NCBI GenBank assembly: GCA_964016885.1
Contig: OZ024742.1
Span: forward strand, 84,258,001-84,322,000
DNA from: Eledone cirrhosa
Lineage: Eukaryota
Direction of reading: 5' to 3'
DNA: 64,000 bases
Below the pieces are notes generated by a model. That model saw only the letters and a list, made by a program, of their open reading frames with translations, was not told the DNA's origin and did no database searches. How positions within the stretch are numbered: the first letter of the stretch is position 1; each line of letters opens with the position of its first letter. Of this stretch, positions 1-15,275 are shown piece after piece. The position numbers and the translations under genes were made by a program.

Positions 1-620
1 AAAATATAGAGTAACATACCTGAATAATGCAAGTGATTTGGTTTTGAACACTAAAGTTTCTCGATTTAAATATCAATTAACATAACAATGTTGATAGCTA
101 TTAGATATATTGAGGTCGGTGTTGAAATGGTATCGACCTGCATCGGTTTCAACGATTAGTGTTCGAGTTGTCTGATCGATGGAAGAGGCTGCATTTGATA
201 TTCATGTATATGTGGCTGAGTATTCCATAAACAAATGTATAGGCTGAACGTAATTCTGAGTGAGATTCACTGGGTTACAGAGTGTAAAGATCTAGCTGTC
301 TGAAATGTATGTCAGGCTTCTATGCAGTTTCAATCTCCCCAATTTCACTCACAACACTTGGATCACTTCGATGATATGTTAAATAGCAGCTACCAAAAGA
401 CCATGAAATGGGATCGAACTCAGGACCTATCATTATTCGGTTATGCTGCGTCCACTCATATAGACTCCAATATAATTCAGACGAGTCTCAATGTGCATAT
501 GAACATATTTATGAAAACATGTTCTTATTTAGCGCCTGACCAGGTCAACTTATCAAGTAAATTCATTCCAAAAATCATTTTAACTGTAACTCGTCTATCG
601 TTTTAGTATTATCTTACTAG

Positions 621-740
621 GTCTGAGTTCAAATCCCGCTGAGGTTAACTTTGCCTTTCATCCTTACGGGGTCGATAAAATAAAGTACCAGTTATGCACT
701 GGGTAATTTCTGGCCTTGTGCCAAAAGTAGAAACAATTAT
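621..740 (+). mobile_element. tRNA-derived SINE, 5'-truncated copy (octopus-type)
   Basis: GAGTTCAAATCCCGCTGAGGTTAACTTTGCCTTTCATCCTTACGGGGTCGATAAAATAAAGTACCAG...GGCCTTGTGCCAAAAGTAGAAACAATT; B box present; near-identical to the copy at 34091-34268. Confidence 0.85.
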
Positions 741-2256
741 CTTACTACGTCATTCTCTTTTTAAAACGTTGGGCTGTAATTTGAAGCAGATTTGGCTACT
801 AGCAGCACATTGAGGCAACCCCCTGTGTGCATCCATGATGAAGGCTTAAGACGTATCTTATGTAACAGTCTTTTACTTGAACTCAGTTTGACACTGGTTT
901 TATGAGGTAGACGAAACTTATGTTATAGTAGATACGATTGATTCTACATGTAAGTCAGTGGCCGAAATTTGTACGAGTACATGTGTTTGTGGAATATTCA
1001 GCCCCTAACGTTACAATCCAATGAGACGGAATTTAATATAGTGGATTAGTACATAAAATAGTCGTCATTGAAAGTGACGGAGGAAAGAGATAGACGTTCA
1101 AACACATAGATAATGGGAATTGGACACAGGGAGAATAGAGAGATTTGGAGAGAGGAAAACAAAAAGAGAGAGAGAAAGACAGAGAGAGAAAGAGAGAGAA
1201 AGAAAGAGAGAGAAAGAGAGAGAAAGAGAGAGAAAGAGAGAGAAAGAGATCGAGTGTATGTGTGTGGGGGAGAGAGAAAAGGTGTGAGAGAAAGAAAGAG
1301 AGAAAGAGATTGGTGACTCTGAAGAAATGCAAAATAACATTAAAATCTTGCTTTGTAATAATCAAATAGAGATGACCTTTATTTTAAAGTTTCGAAACCT
1401 ACCTTTCATGACCTTATGATTTTGAATGCTCATAATAATAATTTCAACACTGATTGTAAACTTGAAGAAAACCCCCTTTATGAGATTACCAGCTATAAAT
1501 TCTATGATGCAAATGTATTTAACGAGGCGAACAACTCTTACCAAAAAAAAAAAAAAAACCCCAAAACAAAAACAAAAACAAAAACAACAAAACAAACAAA
1601 GAACCACTCAAAGAGAAAGCATTCAGAACCGAAGCAAATACTTCGACATATAATTTTTTTCTGTGCATCATAAAAACAAAACATAAAGCCATGTTATTCT
1701 ACCAAGAAGCTAGTTTGGTAATGCAAATAGATTTAAATTTGATGTCTTACGATAATACCTGTATAAAACCTAAATGTTCTATGAAGTCACCAGAAAGGAT
1801 GATGTTGACTGATGAAAATAATGTAGCATTATAGTCTGAGACGGACTGGATTAGTTCTTGTATAACATGACTGATTTTAATCACCAGAATAATGTCGATG
1901 GGAGATATCTACTCATTCACTTAGTTTCTTATTTCTACACCACATTACTTATGCCACACATTCCTGTTACAGCTGAGAAGTTTATGCCTACACAAGCTCA
2001 TACAGACACGGACAAAATCATATAATTCTCTATAGAGAGGATTATAGGCGAAACATTTCTAGCATATTACGATTGTGTATATTATATTTCCTTTATAACA
2101 AGAGGTTACTTCTTTACGTATATTCTGCCACAAATTAAACATGTGTATTAATATTTCCTCGTTACCTTTGGTAAAACAAAACTCGCTATAACGGATTATG
2201 TATGCATAAGGTGAAACAATTGTTCTCGGTAAGGTGAACTAACTGTTGTGTTACTA

Positions 2257-2323
<67 letters not shown>

Positions 2324-2374
2324 GTGAGGATCTTTTAACAAAATGAAAAATAACCGAGGTGTCCTACACGAGTG

Positions 2375-3692
2375 AAAGTATCAGGAAAAAAGATCAAATC
2401 GAAAATGCAACTGGCCTCTTTTAAAAAAAATATATATATTTATTAGGTTCCTTTACCGGTTTCTCAGTTCTTCTGCTTTTCAAAAGTAGAATTGAGATGG
2501 AGGGTCTGTGGGTTTTCTCACATCTGGTTGGTCTTTGAATGTTACTTCTGTTTTATATGGAAAAAAGTGGCTCGAAATGCCAGGTTTTTAGAATAAATTT
2601 CGTGCCAGTTCACGTTACAAAGTTGTTCAAACCAAGTTGCTTTTCAAATATGAGTGATTTTCAAATTTCACGCCTGTATTTTGGAATTTTTTTATAGCCA
2701 TTTAGAGAATATTGTGCCAAACAAAAGATAATGGTAAAGAAAAAGGGATGGAGAGAGTTGTTCTTAGTATGACTGATGTGCTGAAATGTAATTTGATTGG
2801 TTATAAATGAAATTATGACTGTCACGTGAACAAGTACATTAAATTTCGCGCCCGTATTTGGGAATTTATTTTGTAGCCTTTTAGAGAATTTTGTGCCAAA
2901 CAAAAGATAATGGTCAAGAAAAATGGGATGGGGAGAATTGTTCTGGTTCAGTGAGTATGGCTGGTGCGCTGGGGTGTGAGAATTCAGACTTTCTATTGAA
3001 ATAAAGAAAGTAGAGATATGTGTTTATTTGTGTGCTTGTGTGTGTGTGTAGGAAGATGATTCTATTAGTAGAAATGGGGTAGGGTGTTGTAAGTGGGTGT
3101 GGATGTCATGTATGTGTGTATGGGTGTTATGTGTGTGTAAATGTGTGTGGGAGTATGATTATCATATTAAGATGGAGAGAATATATATTTTGTGTGTGTG
3201 TGAAATTTGATGTACTTGTTCACGTGACAGTCATAATTTCATTTATAACAAATCAAATTACATTTATAGTAAAAAAAGGCTTCGTGAGCCACCTTTTTTA
3301 AGTAAAAAAGAAATTCAAAAACAAACTGGCGGGAAAGCTGATGTGCTTATTCACGTGACTGCAGCAACCAACCAAACTTCCGTCATATATGAAAAAACAA
3401 CCTGACAACCCCCCCCCCCCTGTTTGAACAACTTTGTAACACGAACTGGCGCGAAATTTATTATACTTATTCACCAACCAACCAGATTACTTCTCTAAAA
3501 ACCTGGCATTTCGAGCCACTTTTTTCCATATAAAACAGAAGAAACATTCAAAGACCAACCAGATGTGAGAAAAACCACAGACCCTCCACGTCAACTCTAC
3601 TTTTGAAAAGCAGAAGAACTGCGAAACAAATAAATATATATATTTAAAAAAAAAATGACTCCAGTTGCATTTTCGATTTCATCTTTTTTCCT
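2375..3692. repeat. Inverted-repeat module (arms ~2375-2850 and ~3205-3692) between (TA)n arrays; PLE pLTR-like remnant
   Basis: Reverse-complement matches such as GTGGCTCGAAATGCCAGGTTTTTAGA / TCTAAAACCTGGCATTTCGAGCCAC and CTGTCACGTGAACAAGTACAT / ATGTACTTGTTCACGTGACAG; HHR motif in the arms. Confidence 0.75.
2449..2488 (-). ncRNA. Hammerhead ribozyme-like motif, U3:A8 core variant (family A)
   Basis: Minus strand: ctt-TTGAAAA-gcag aagaa ctga-GAAAC cg GTA-aag; the copy at 3598-3627 (+) has a perfect stem II gcag/ctgc but is truncated after GAAAC. Confidence 0.55.
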
Positions 3693-3712
3693 TATATATA
3701 TATATATATAAG

Positions 3713-3745
<33 letters not shown>

Positions 3746-3752
3746 TAGGATT

Positions 3753-3862
<110 letters not shown>

Positions 3863-4164
3863 CACGCGCACACACTCACAGGCACAGGCACACACAGTGC
3901 ATGCATATATTCTGGGGTTATATTTGACAATTGATTTCGCACAACTCGTGTCTTTTGTTAATAGTGTGATTCAAAGTTTTAGTAAGATTAGCTTCCTTAA
4001 TCCTCAAACTTTACATAATCCGTTCTGGGTCTCTGATGGTGATTATAATATATAGATTATGTTACCTCTCCTGATGCTTTGTAACAGACGACAAAGTTGT
4101 ATGAATGTGTTCTTTAAATCAGGATGAGGGAGGCTGTAATGTAAAATGTGCCACAATTCTGCTA

Positions 4165-4270
4165 GCGTGGCTTAGTGGATAGACAGTTGGATGTACAATC
4201 GGGAGGTTGTGAGTTTGATTCCCGGAACGGGTGATATGTTATGTCAGCAGGACTCTTTATTTAACATTGC
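4165..4270 (+). mobile_element. Old tRNA-derived SINE head (different family)
   Basis: A-box-like GTGGCTTAGTGG and B-box-like GAGTTTGATTCCC at tRNA-like spacing. Confidence 0.45.
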
Positions 4271-5396
4271 TTTTTCTGTGATGTACAATGTTATACGACG
4301 CTATTATGAATCAGGTTATGTTAGTGTTACTGATAATTTATCCCCACTAGGTCCACCACGCATTATATGCAACGAAGGAACAGAAGATATAGCTAATACC
4401 AATCTTAGTACCGAGGAAGTAAATGTCACTAATGCTAAATTAAATATCACGAATTCCACACTAGTAATAGTGGCATGTCGCTGAGTGTTCTGCTGAGTGT
4501 TCTGCTGGGAGCTGGTGCAACAGGTTAAATGTAATATATTTCCCTTATGCTGTCTGGTGTTTGAGGTCATGTGTGTGTTTATGAGATACGCTTGCTGGAA
4601 TTCTTGGATAGCTTTCGTTTGTTCTAGGTGTATTGACGTTGAGGTTTGGGTAATTGGCAGTTATATTTTCGTATATGTATGTCAAAACTCGATACCGCGT
4701 GGACTGAGATCACCGTTGATATGCCTCTGGCATAAAGATACCTTTGTGGGATCAACTTATTTTATTTTTAATCGAATTATCTATATTATGTTTAAGCAAT
4801 TATTGGTTTCATTAACCTATCGATAGCGTGCAGACGATGTTCCCCGTTGATAAAACTCTGGATATATAATCGGCAATTTTACATTTGCCTGTATAGATGG
4901 ATAACTTTTTAATTGGCTTAAATTTGTTTATATTGAAGATAAAGCGAAATTGTTCTTAGTTATGTACTTATATATATATGAACTGCAGCCCCATTGCATA
5001 ATATCAGCTTATATTAGGTAATTCTTTGCATATACCACTTTTAAGAAGAACAGTTGTAGACAGAATGTTGCACAGAAACGAGATCGGTACAGGAATTTGA
5101 TACTAAAATATAATTACAAAAACACTGCCATCTTGCTTACTAACTAAGTATTGTTTACAGTCTGAAAGATAGCGTACATTTTCTCATCCTCAAGCCTATT
5201 AGTGCATTGAATGTGTGAGTAGTGGTCGGAGATCTCTATAATAAATCTGTCCAGGAATTACCATTACTTAAACATTGCCATCTTACTCCGTATGATACGT
5301 TACATTTTCTCACTTACAAACATATCATCTCGTTTAGTGAGTGAGCAGGGGCTGGAGCTCACTGAAATAAATTCGGTGACCTTCATAAAGTTAACT

Positions 5397-5706
<310 letters not shown>

Positions 5707-6439
5707 ATTAAGTTAAAGTGTACATCTACATATGTATACGGAAGTATTAGTATGCATATAAATACACACATGTATACATATGTACATGTACTCAGCTTTT
5801 CACTAGACACTTTACAGTGAGTGTCAGCTAGTCTGTATGTAACCACACAGACGGACCGGGTTTTAGAGTCATACAGGTTTTCAAGGAAACACATTTCCTC
5901 TATTCTCCAGAGGGCCAGACAGGAATATTGGACTAGTTTCGATGTTATTACATCTCATCAGCAATATTTACCCATCTTCCGGCTTCTCTGGAGAATTGTA
6001 AAAGCACATATCGTTATATGCTTTTTCTATGAAAATTAGTAGTGGTAGACTAATTTGCATAGAACGTGAGTCATTGTACGCACCGGTTCAGCGGAAACGA
6101 TAAAAACAAATAACGAAACGAAATTAAATTTCGTTTCGCTTCTAACTCACTTTTGTATGACTGACGCTTAAACAATTAAGTTAAAGTGTACATATATATA
6201 TATACATATATATATATACATATATACATATATATATATACATATATATATATGTATATATATATTATTATCTAATTTTTAAGCTTCAATCCCTGACCCC
6301 GACAACTAATATAAAAGAGCCCCCTTAGAATATAGACCCCAACTATACAAGCGGAGTTGCTGATGTATACCACAATTTCAAACTGCTAGCCTTGAGTGAT
6401 ACGTTGATGTAAACAATGATCTTACAATCACATGTTATA

Positions 6440-6486
6440 TGCCTTGATAAGTACCACCATGTGGTCGGACGAAACGGCTGTCGGCA
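6440..6486 (+). ncRNA. Type I hammerhead ribozyme, U3:A8 core variant (family I)
   Basis: tgcc-TTGATAA-gt accac cat gtggt cgg ac-GAAAC ggct GTC-ggca: stem I tgcc/ggca, stem II closed by G-C, GUC cleavage triplet. Confidence 0.7.
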
Positions 6487-6530
6487 ATAAACTTGTTATA
6501 ATGTCATAATAGTTCCTTTGTTCTTTTTCA

Positions 6531-7040
<510 letters not shown>

Positions 7041-7062
7041 AATATATGAATATAAGTATATA

Positions 7063-7543
<481 letters not shown>

Positions 7544-7911
7544 GAATATACAGATTGTATATTTAATAATATACTGTATGTTTATTTAAAACAATATTTT
7601 GGGGGCCTTTCTCTATGAATTAAAGTACTGACTATAGTCATAGACTCAGCTTCAGCAAATACAAAGGGGAATAACCGACACGTTTCTCACAGTTCAGCTG
7701 TTATCGATGTTATATACCCCTCTTCTTTTGCTGTGAGCCGTAGAAGCTTGATTCTATTTTTTTTTTTTGTTGCTGAAGCTGGGTATGTGACTATAATCAT
7801 TATCTTAAATTCATAGCGAAAAGCCCTCAAAATGTTTTGAAATAAACATACAGAATATTATTAAATACACAATACGTACATTCATATATACATCGCTATT
7901 TCAGAGCCCGA

Positions 7912-8187
<276 letters not shown>

Positions 8188-9075
8188 AACTCTATACTTA
8201 TTCATCTCGGGTGAACATATTCTTAGCCAGGTTTGCTGTCCTTAGACGGTATCCATCTTAGATTAAGTGGTTCATCCTTTATCCGTTTCACGCTCATGTT
8301 AGTGTATGAGCCATGTCGCCAAATCACTATTCATACTTCATCTGGCTTCCAGCATATCTACACTCTTCTGTTTCATAGCTAAGATGCGCTAATGTTTCGG
8401 CTGCCTCCCTCATCCTGCAAACTGCTTCCTTCCCCGTCATTTCAGAGTGCATACATAAGTGTCTGTGTACACTTTCAGAGGAATATGAAAATGCTTTAAC
8501 TTTACAATGTGAATTAGATTATTAAATGCTGAAACTAGAGGCAATCCTTTACGACCCATCAACCTATACAGAAAATGGAATGCACTAATAACCGGAAACG
8601 TTATCGTTGGCACAATCGAAAGTCTAGTACACACGAATACGTGATGTGTGAGTACACCGGGTTTGATTCTATTCAATATATCACTTTCCATTGAATACCA
8701 CGGAAGAATACGATTTAACAATAAGTGAAGAAAATAAGAATGCAAGTTCATATGCAATTGTGTATTTATGTGTATGTGCGTGGTGTATGTGTGTGTGTGT
8801 GTGTGTATGTGTGAGTGTGTGTGTGTGTTAGTGAGTATGTGTGTCTTCAAGTCAAGATGCGAGCCTGTGTGTGCTAGTGCATGCACTGGTGTATATATTT
8901 GTATATTAATGTAAGAAACATACACACACAACCTAACCTACGCATATATATATATATATTGTACCTAAGTTAATTATTTTCAACTGAACCAGATCAATAA
9001 TGATCTATAATCATTTAATCCAGAAACATTATATGGAGTAGCGAAACAATTGTAAACGGACATTATTATTATTAA

Positions 9076-9111
<36 letters not shown>

Positions 9112-9379
9112 CTACATTCATTACATCAAACTAAAACTATGTTGACAATCTTTTAATAATGTCCTCCTTGTGAAATTTGTGGTCTTGTTTTGCTTAACTA
9201 ATGAATATTTCCAGCTCTGTGCACCTAACCTCTGCATGAACCCAGCCACCTAGCTGCCTTCCACTGCATATTGCACAAGCCTTTACTCTTTGGCTTCTAA
9301 CTAATTCACCAACCTCTCTTCTCCTCTCCTATCTCCTCTCCTATCTCCATCTCTCTCTTTAAGATTGGTTACTCTTGAA

Positions 9380-9464
<85 letters not shown>

Positions 9465-9468
<4 letters not shown>

Positions 9469-10270
9469 CTTTAAGGAATTAGCTTTTAAAGAATTCCATT
9501 TTCTTTAAACCCATCAACTAATACCTCCACCCATCCCAATCCCCATTCTCCTACCACCAGAAAAGATATAAATACCACCATATTTACTTGGACACTCAGC
9601 TTCGTGATGATTTCTCACGAATGAAACAGTTCTAGTCCTGTAGAAGCTTTTCTGTATTAAACATTTATACTATGCTATGTACTGAGTACCTTACTTACTG
9701 TGGTTACCTCCGATTGAACCCGGAATAATCTCTCTCTCTATATATATATACGTTATTCCGGGTTCAATCGGGGGTAACCACAATAAGTAAGGTACTCGGT
9801 ACATAGCGTAGTATACATGTTTAATATGGAAAGTTGACTGTCCAAGTAAATATGGTGGTATTTATATCTTTTCTGGTGGTAGGAGAGGGGCGGATTGGGA
9901 TGGGTGGAGGTCATTAGTTGATGGGTTTAAAGAAAAGGGAATTCTTTAAAAGCTAATTCCTTAAAGTTATAATTTATATTTAGAGTGACAAAGGCAGAAA
10001 GAATACTATAAACAAGTTCAGATTGGAGTACCACTCCTTATATTTAAGTTTCTCTAAAGCTAACAATGCCTATATTTCAGATGTCTACAGGATGGGTGGA
10101 GGTCATTGGTTGATGGGTTTAAAGAAAGGGGAATTCTTTAAAAGACAATTCTTTAAAAGCTGTATTTAGAGTGACAAAGGCAGAAATAATTCTATAAACA
10201 GGTTCAGATTTGGGGTGCCTCTCCTTATTGTTAAGTTTCTCTTAAGCTATATTTCAGGTATCTACAAGCA
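9465..10270. repeat. Tail-to-tail inverted pLTR-like module (family B): arms 9465-9729 and 9753-9972, then a tandem duplication (~9898-10090 and 10090-10268)
   Basis: CTTTAAGGAATTAGCTTTTAAAGAATTCC / GGAATTCTTTAAAAGCTAATTCCTTAAAG and TTGAACCCGGAATAA / TTATTCCGGGTTCAA; another copy at 11755-11920. Confidence 0.85.
9598..9648 (+). ncRNA. Hammerhead ribozyme family B, C3G-mutated copy
   Basis: agcttc-GTGATGA-tttctcacgaat-GAAAC ag ttctagtc ct GTA-gaagct; 6-bp stem I. Confidence 0.65.
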
Positions 10271-10300
10271 CATTCGCACACACACACATATACACACACG

Positions 10301-10372
<72 letters not shown>

Positions 10373-10485
10373 TATATATATATACATACATATACATATA
10401 TACACATATATATATACACATATATATATATATATACATATATATATACACATATATATATATATATACATATATATACACATAC

Positions 10486-10527
<42 letters not shown>

Positions 10528-10606
10528 ATATATATATATACATATATACACACATATATACATATATATACACACACACATACATATGTATATATATATA
10601 TGTATA

Positions 10607-10671
10607 TACTCTTTTACTCTTTTACCTGTTTCAGCCATCCGGCTGAGGCCATGCTGGGGCACCGCCCTTGG
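10607..10671 (-). mobile_element. Isolated 3' end shared with the CR1/L2-group LINE at 41385-43168 (extreme 5' truncation or SINE tail)
   Basis: Minus strand CCAGCATGGCCTCAGCCGGATGGCTGAAACAGGTAAAAGAGTAAAAGAGTA is identical to ~43118-43168. Confidence 0.85.
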
Positions 10672-10726
10672 TATATATATATATATATAAAAGAAGAAAT
10701 TAAAAGATGGTTAAAAAAATTCCATA

Positions 10727-10796
10727 TATTTTATTATGTGCATTTCGAAAACAACATCATCCTGGGACAAACATTGTCTTCTCCTCAGATAAAATA
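10727..10796 (-). ncRNA. Type I hammerhead ribozyme (family C)
   Basis: tattttat-CTGAGGA-gaagacaat...gttgttttc-GAAA tgcac ATA-ataaaata; 8-bp stem I. Confidence 0.8.
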
Positions 10797-10902
10797 AGGT
10801 AACTGATATGAGGCCTAAAAACACTTGTCAACAGGAAACTTTATATGTAGACTTTGCACTTTCCTCTTGACAAGTGTTTTTAGGCCTCATATCATGTTAC
10901 CT

Positions 10903-10969
10903 TATTTTATCTGAGGACACAATTTTTGTCCCAGGATGATGTTGTTTTCGAAATGCGCATAATAAAATA
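10903..10969 (+). ncRNA. Type I hammerhead ribozyme (family C)
   Basis: tattttat-CTGAGGA...ttttc-GAAA tgcgc ATA-ataaaata; palindromic stem III ATGCGCAT; base of stem II partly deleted. Confidence 0.7.
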
Positions 10970-11545
10970 TATGGAACTTTTTTAATCATCTTTTAATTTA
11001 TTCTTTAATATATACTCCAGTTCTACCAACTGTTGAGTGCTACTTATCTGATATATTCATAGTTTTATTGTTCTACAATATTATTTACCTTCTACATATA
11101 TATATATATATGTATATATGCACATAAAAAAACAATATATATATAAAAAACCTTTTACTCCCGCACTCTCGCAAAAAACCACACTGCTATACCCCCCCCA
11201 TATATATATACATTTATAAATATATATATATATACATAGACACACACACATACATATATATATCAATACATATATATATATATATATATACATCTATATA
11301 CATATATATATATGTATATATACACAGACATACACACTTATATACAAACAAACATACACATATATATATATACATATACACACACATACATATATAAAAA
11401 CATATATATACATATATATATATACATACACATATATCGCTCTATATATACATGCATACATATACAGGAATACAGGCACATATACACATACATATACAGA
11501 TATACATACATATATATATCACTACACACACACATATATAACTAT

Positions 11546-11604
<59 letters not shown>

Positions 11605-11856
11605 CACATATACATATATATATATATACATACACATATACATACATATGTGCATACATACATACATACATATATATTCAAAAAAATATATACACACACA
11701 CATATATACTCACACACACCCACACACATACATTTCACTCTAAATATATATTAAAGCTTTAAGGAATTAGCTTTTAAAGAATACCCTTTTCTTGACCTCC
11801 ACTCATCTCCTACCACCAGAAAAGATATACATACCACCATATTTACTTGGACAGTC

Positions 11857-11907
11857 AGCTTCCTGATGATTTCTCACGAACGAAACTGTTCTAGTCCTGT
11901 AGAAGCT
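11857..11907 (+). ncRNA. Type I hammerhead ribozyme (family B)
   Basis: agcttc-CTGATGA-tttctcacgaac-GAAAC tg ttctagtc ct GTA-gaagct. Confidence 0.75.
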
Positions 11908-11915
11908 TTTCTATA

Positions 11916-12050
<135 letters not shown>

Positions 12051-12757
12051 AAAGATGAATATAAAATGAAAGTGCTTTTATAAAGGAATTTATTAGGTAT
12101 TGACATATGTTTCTGTAACAGACGGAATACCTATGTATCGCTGCTTGCGTAATCATATATAATGTTAGCAAGTATTCGATAGCAAATGTATAATCAGTTG
12201 TCACTTCTTCAGAGATATTGGATAAATTCGAAAAATTCAGAAAAATTAAAGTATTTATAGTAGTTGTAAGAAAGGAAGAAGAGAAGGGATAGTATATGAC
12301 AGATGGCAATTCAATTTGCTGGTAAACAAGAATATAGAAGGTTTTTAATGAGAATACAATGAGTAAATGGCTTATTTTATCTAAATAAGAATTTTTGGGA
12401 GTGCCTATTTTAATCTAAATTTGACCAATTGAACAATGGACAGAGCTGGTCGTTTGGTGTAGTAGTATTAATACAGATATAAAGTGTCCAGTAAGGAAGA
12501 GAGAGATTTTCACTGTTACTGTATAATAACAATGCTGGTAGACTGGTGCTATATGCATTAGGGAATTTAATTAAGAAATCTCATTTTATCTATAGTTCCT
12601 TACTGTACACTTTAAATTTCATTTCATTTTTTCCGTTTATCGTTTTCGGTACCCCGGCCGATTGACTCACTCGATATGCAAATTAGGCTGCTCAGCCGTT
12701 AATATAAATAAGGAAAGTATATACTTTCAGACGTTCAACCATCTGGCAGGAAGGTAT

Positions 12758-12800
12758 ACGTTGCTGACGATAGCTAATAAGCTTGAAACTACTACAGCGT
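12758..12800 (+). ncRNA. Minimal hammerhead ribozyme (family D), stem III mutated
   Basis: acgttg-CTGACGA-t agct aata agct t-GAAAC tac TA-cagcgt. Confidence 0.6.
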
Positions 12801-13401
12801 TCCTTTGTCAGTGTTGAACACATGAGCAACGATGGTTGCTAGACACTGTACGGCTTAATTCGGGTTGTTTGTTTATAAACACACCGAGCATTATAATAAA
12901 TGTTCGGTGAATCCATACGTACATATATATATGTGTGCATGTATGTATATATATATACATACTACTGTACGTCTGTATACATATATGTATGTACGTATAC
13001 ATACTTATATTTAAGTAACAGCCGTACTAAGAGTGAGAAATGAAATTTCGTTTTATTTTTTCCATTTATATATATATATAAATGAAAAGTATATATATAT
13101 ATATATATATATGATTATTTCCATGCATGCATAATAATACTGAGCAGTGGAATCCGACGACAGATTGTATGCAAGAGAGGCTGGCTGTGAATTGAGATAA
13201 AAAAAAATTAGGGGTATCATATACATAACAGAAAGCGAGAAAAGAGAAAAGGTGTGTAAGAAGACGGAAGACAAAAGAATCGTTTCGAAAGAAGATAGTT
13301 TCAGAGTTGATATAAAAGGTGTAGAAAAATAAAAAAAAGCAAGAATTCTTATATTATGAAGATACACACACACCACTCTCACTCAGACGTCACACACAGA
13401 G

Positions 13402-13434
<33 letters not shown>

Positions 13435-13861
13435 AACACACACACACGCACACATATAACCACACACACACGCACACACGCACGCACAGGTACACGCACA
13501 CATATATATATGTATATATCAATGCTTAATATTACGGATATAATCTCTAATACATTTGTGAACATTACATTTTCCTTTGCACCATTTTCCCTCTCTAATA
13601 ATAATGCGAAGCAGATATCACCTTTACAAAACCTCAAGCAGTTTCATACTAGTTAACAGATGGTTTTGAGTGAGGACTATTCTTTAACAATAGCAGATGT
13701 CGACGTTAGTTTCTTCTGTTGGATAATAGAGAATTTATTTTAGCTTTATAGAGAACAAAAGCGCAAAGCGAATCACCACCATAGATTCAATTTCTATACA
13801 TATTATTTTTACTCTTGACTCTTAAACGCCGTCAACATTTTACGCCGTAAACATCAAATCT

Positions 13862-13936
<75 letters not shown>

Positions 13937-14005
13937 CATTACTACTGCTGCTCCTGCTGCTGCTGCCGCAACGCCATCGCCGCCGCTGCTAACACCACCA
14001 CCGCC

Positions 14006-14095
<90 letters not shown>
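13862..14095. repeat. Compound (TAC)n/(CTG)n/(CAC)n trinucleotide repeat
   Basis: Direct inspection; similar compound array at 53658-53910. Confidence 0.95.
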
Positions 14096-14599
14096 GTCTA
14101 TCTATGATCTTCCCCCATCTTCGAACGCAATACCTTTTGTTTTCGGCAATTTTCTTTTATAAGTAAAATGGTCATATGAGAAATGAACGAAATAATGTTC
14201 CATGTTAGTAGATCAGTAATATGTACCAACCACGAAATATATTTTCATGCATCAGGCCTGGACAAATTCATTAGTGTGATTTATAAGATAGTGTATTATC
14301 ACAACTCTACGTTGAGTATCTTCTATAAATCATCCTCTCATAAGCTCCAGTGATTAAGAAATTAATTAATTCAAACTTGCAATTTGCCATTATCACGATC
14401 AGATTTAATCATAGCAATATTAATATGTTTCTCATCACCTTTAACTCAATGCTAATTATTGTAGTTCTGTTTAATCATATTTACTGAACACTTATAATCT
14501 CTATATAGAACTTCATAGATTAGATTACATAAATTGGATTCTATATATATCCAATTATTTGTTTTTCTATTATGGTTATCATATAACTATTGTTATAAA

Positions 14600-14832
14600 T
14601 GTGGTTGGGTGGTGAATTGGCACAATTGCTGGAACGTAAGACAAAATGCTTGGCTGCATTTAGTTACAGTTTTCACAGTCTGGGCTTAAATATCGCCGAG
14701 GCTAACTTTACCTTTTATCATTTCAGGGTCGTTAAAATGAAGCGCCCATCAAGTACTCGGGTATATATAATCAACCAACCCTCGCTAGATAAAAGAAAAA
14801 TGGCTAGCTTCGTGCCTGAATTAGACACCATT
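14600..14832 (+). mobile_element. Degenerate SINE copy
   Basis: AAATATCGCCGAGGCTAACTTTACCTTTTATCATTTCAGGGTCGTTAAAAT is a diverged match to the SINE core. Confidence 0.65.
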
Positions 14833-15093
14833 ATATGGTTCTAGTGATGATGATTGGGCGGTTCTTTTGATAAACATTTCTTCAGCATGAATCCTATCTG
14901 TTGAATTCGGATGAAATTTTCAATCAGATTTCGACCCAATTTGGTACAAGCTCAAAATTCGTGGAATGTATATCGATCGTTTTAATCGGCACTTTCTCTG
15001 TCAGTCTAGCTACCTCTCTCTCTCTTCCACTTCTCACTCCCCCAGTCCCCCCCCCCTTTCTCTCTCTTAGAGGAAAATCACAAACAATAATAT

Positions 15094-15275
15094 TAATTGT
15101 TTCTACTTTTGGCACAAGGCCAGCAATTAAGCCAGTGTATTACTGGTACTTTATTTTATCGACCCCGTAAGGATGAAAGGCAAAGTTAACCTCGGCGGGA
15201 TTTGAACTCAGATCATAAAGGGCCGTAACTCTTTGCTTGCAAAGCATGTTGTCCGATCCTCTACTGATACTGCCA
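15094..15275 (-). mobile_element. tRNA-derived SINE
   Basis: Reverse complement of the SINE consensus including B box (GGATTTGAACTC) and A box (TACTGCCA). Confidence 0.85.

Larger units (their letters stand above)
10690..11080. mobile_element. Fold-back PLE pLTR module (family C): arms ~10690-10838 and ~10860-11006, plus a one-sided extension
   Basis: Inverted arms, each with an HHR; same sequence family as the 3' end of the PLE at 37925-41348. Confidence 0.85.

Noticed and set aside
4066-4105. CTGATG..GA..GTA hammerhead-like string (similar weak strings at ~835, ~1808 and ~7670)
   Set aside because: Core or stems too degenerate to support
4300-4900. Moderately complex sequence with short ORFs
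   Set aside because: No motif recognised; probably decayed transposon sequence
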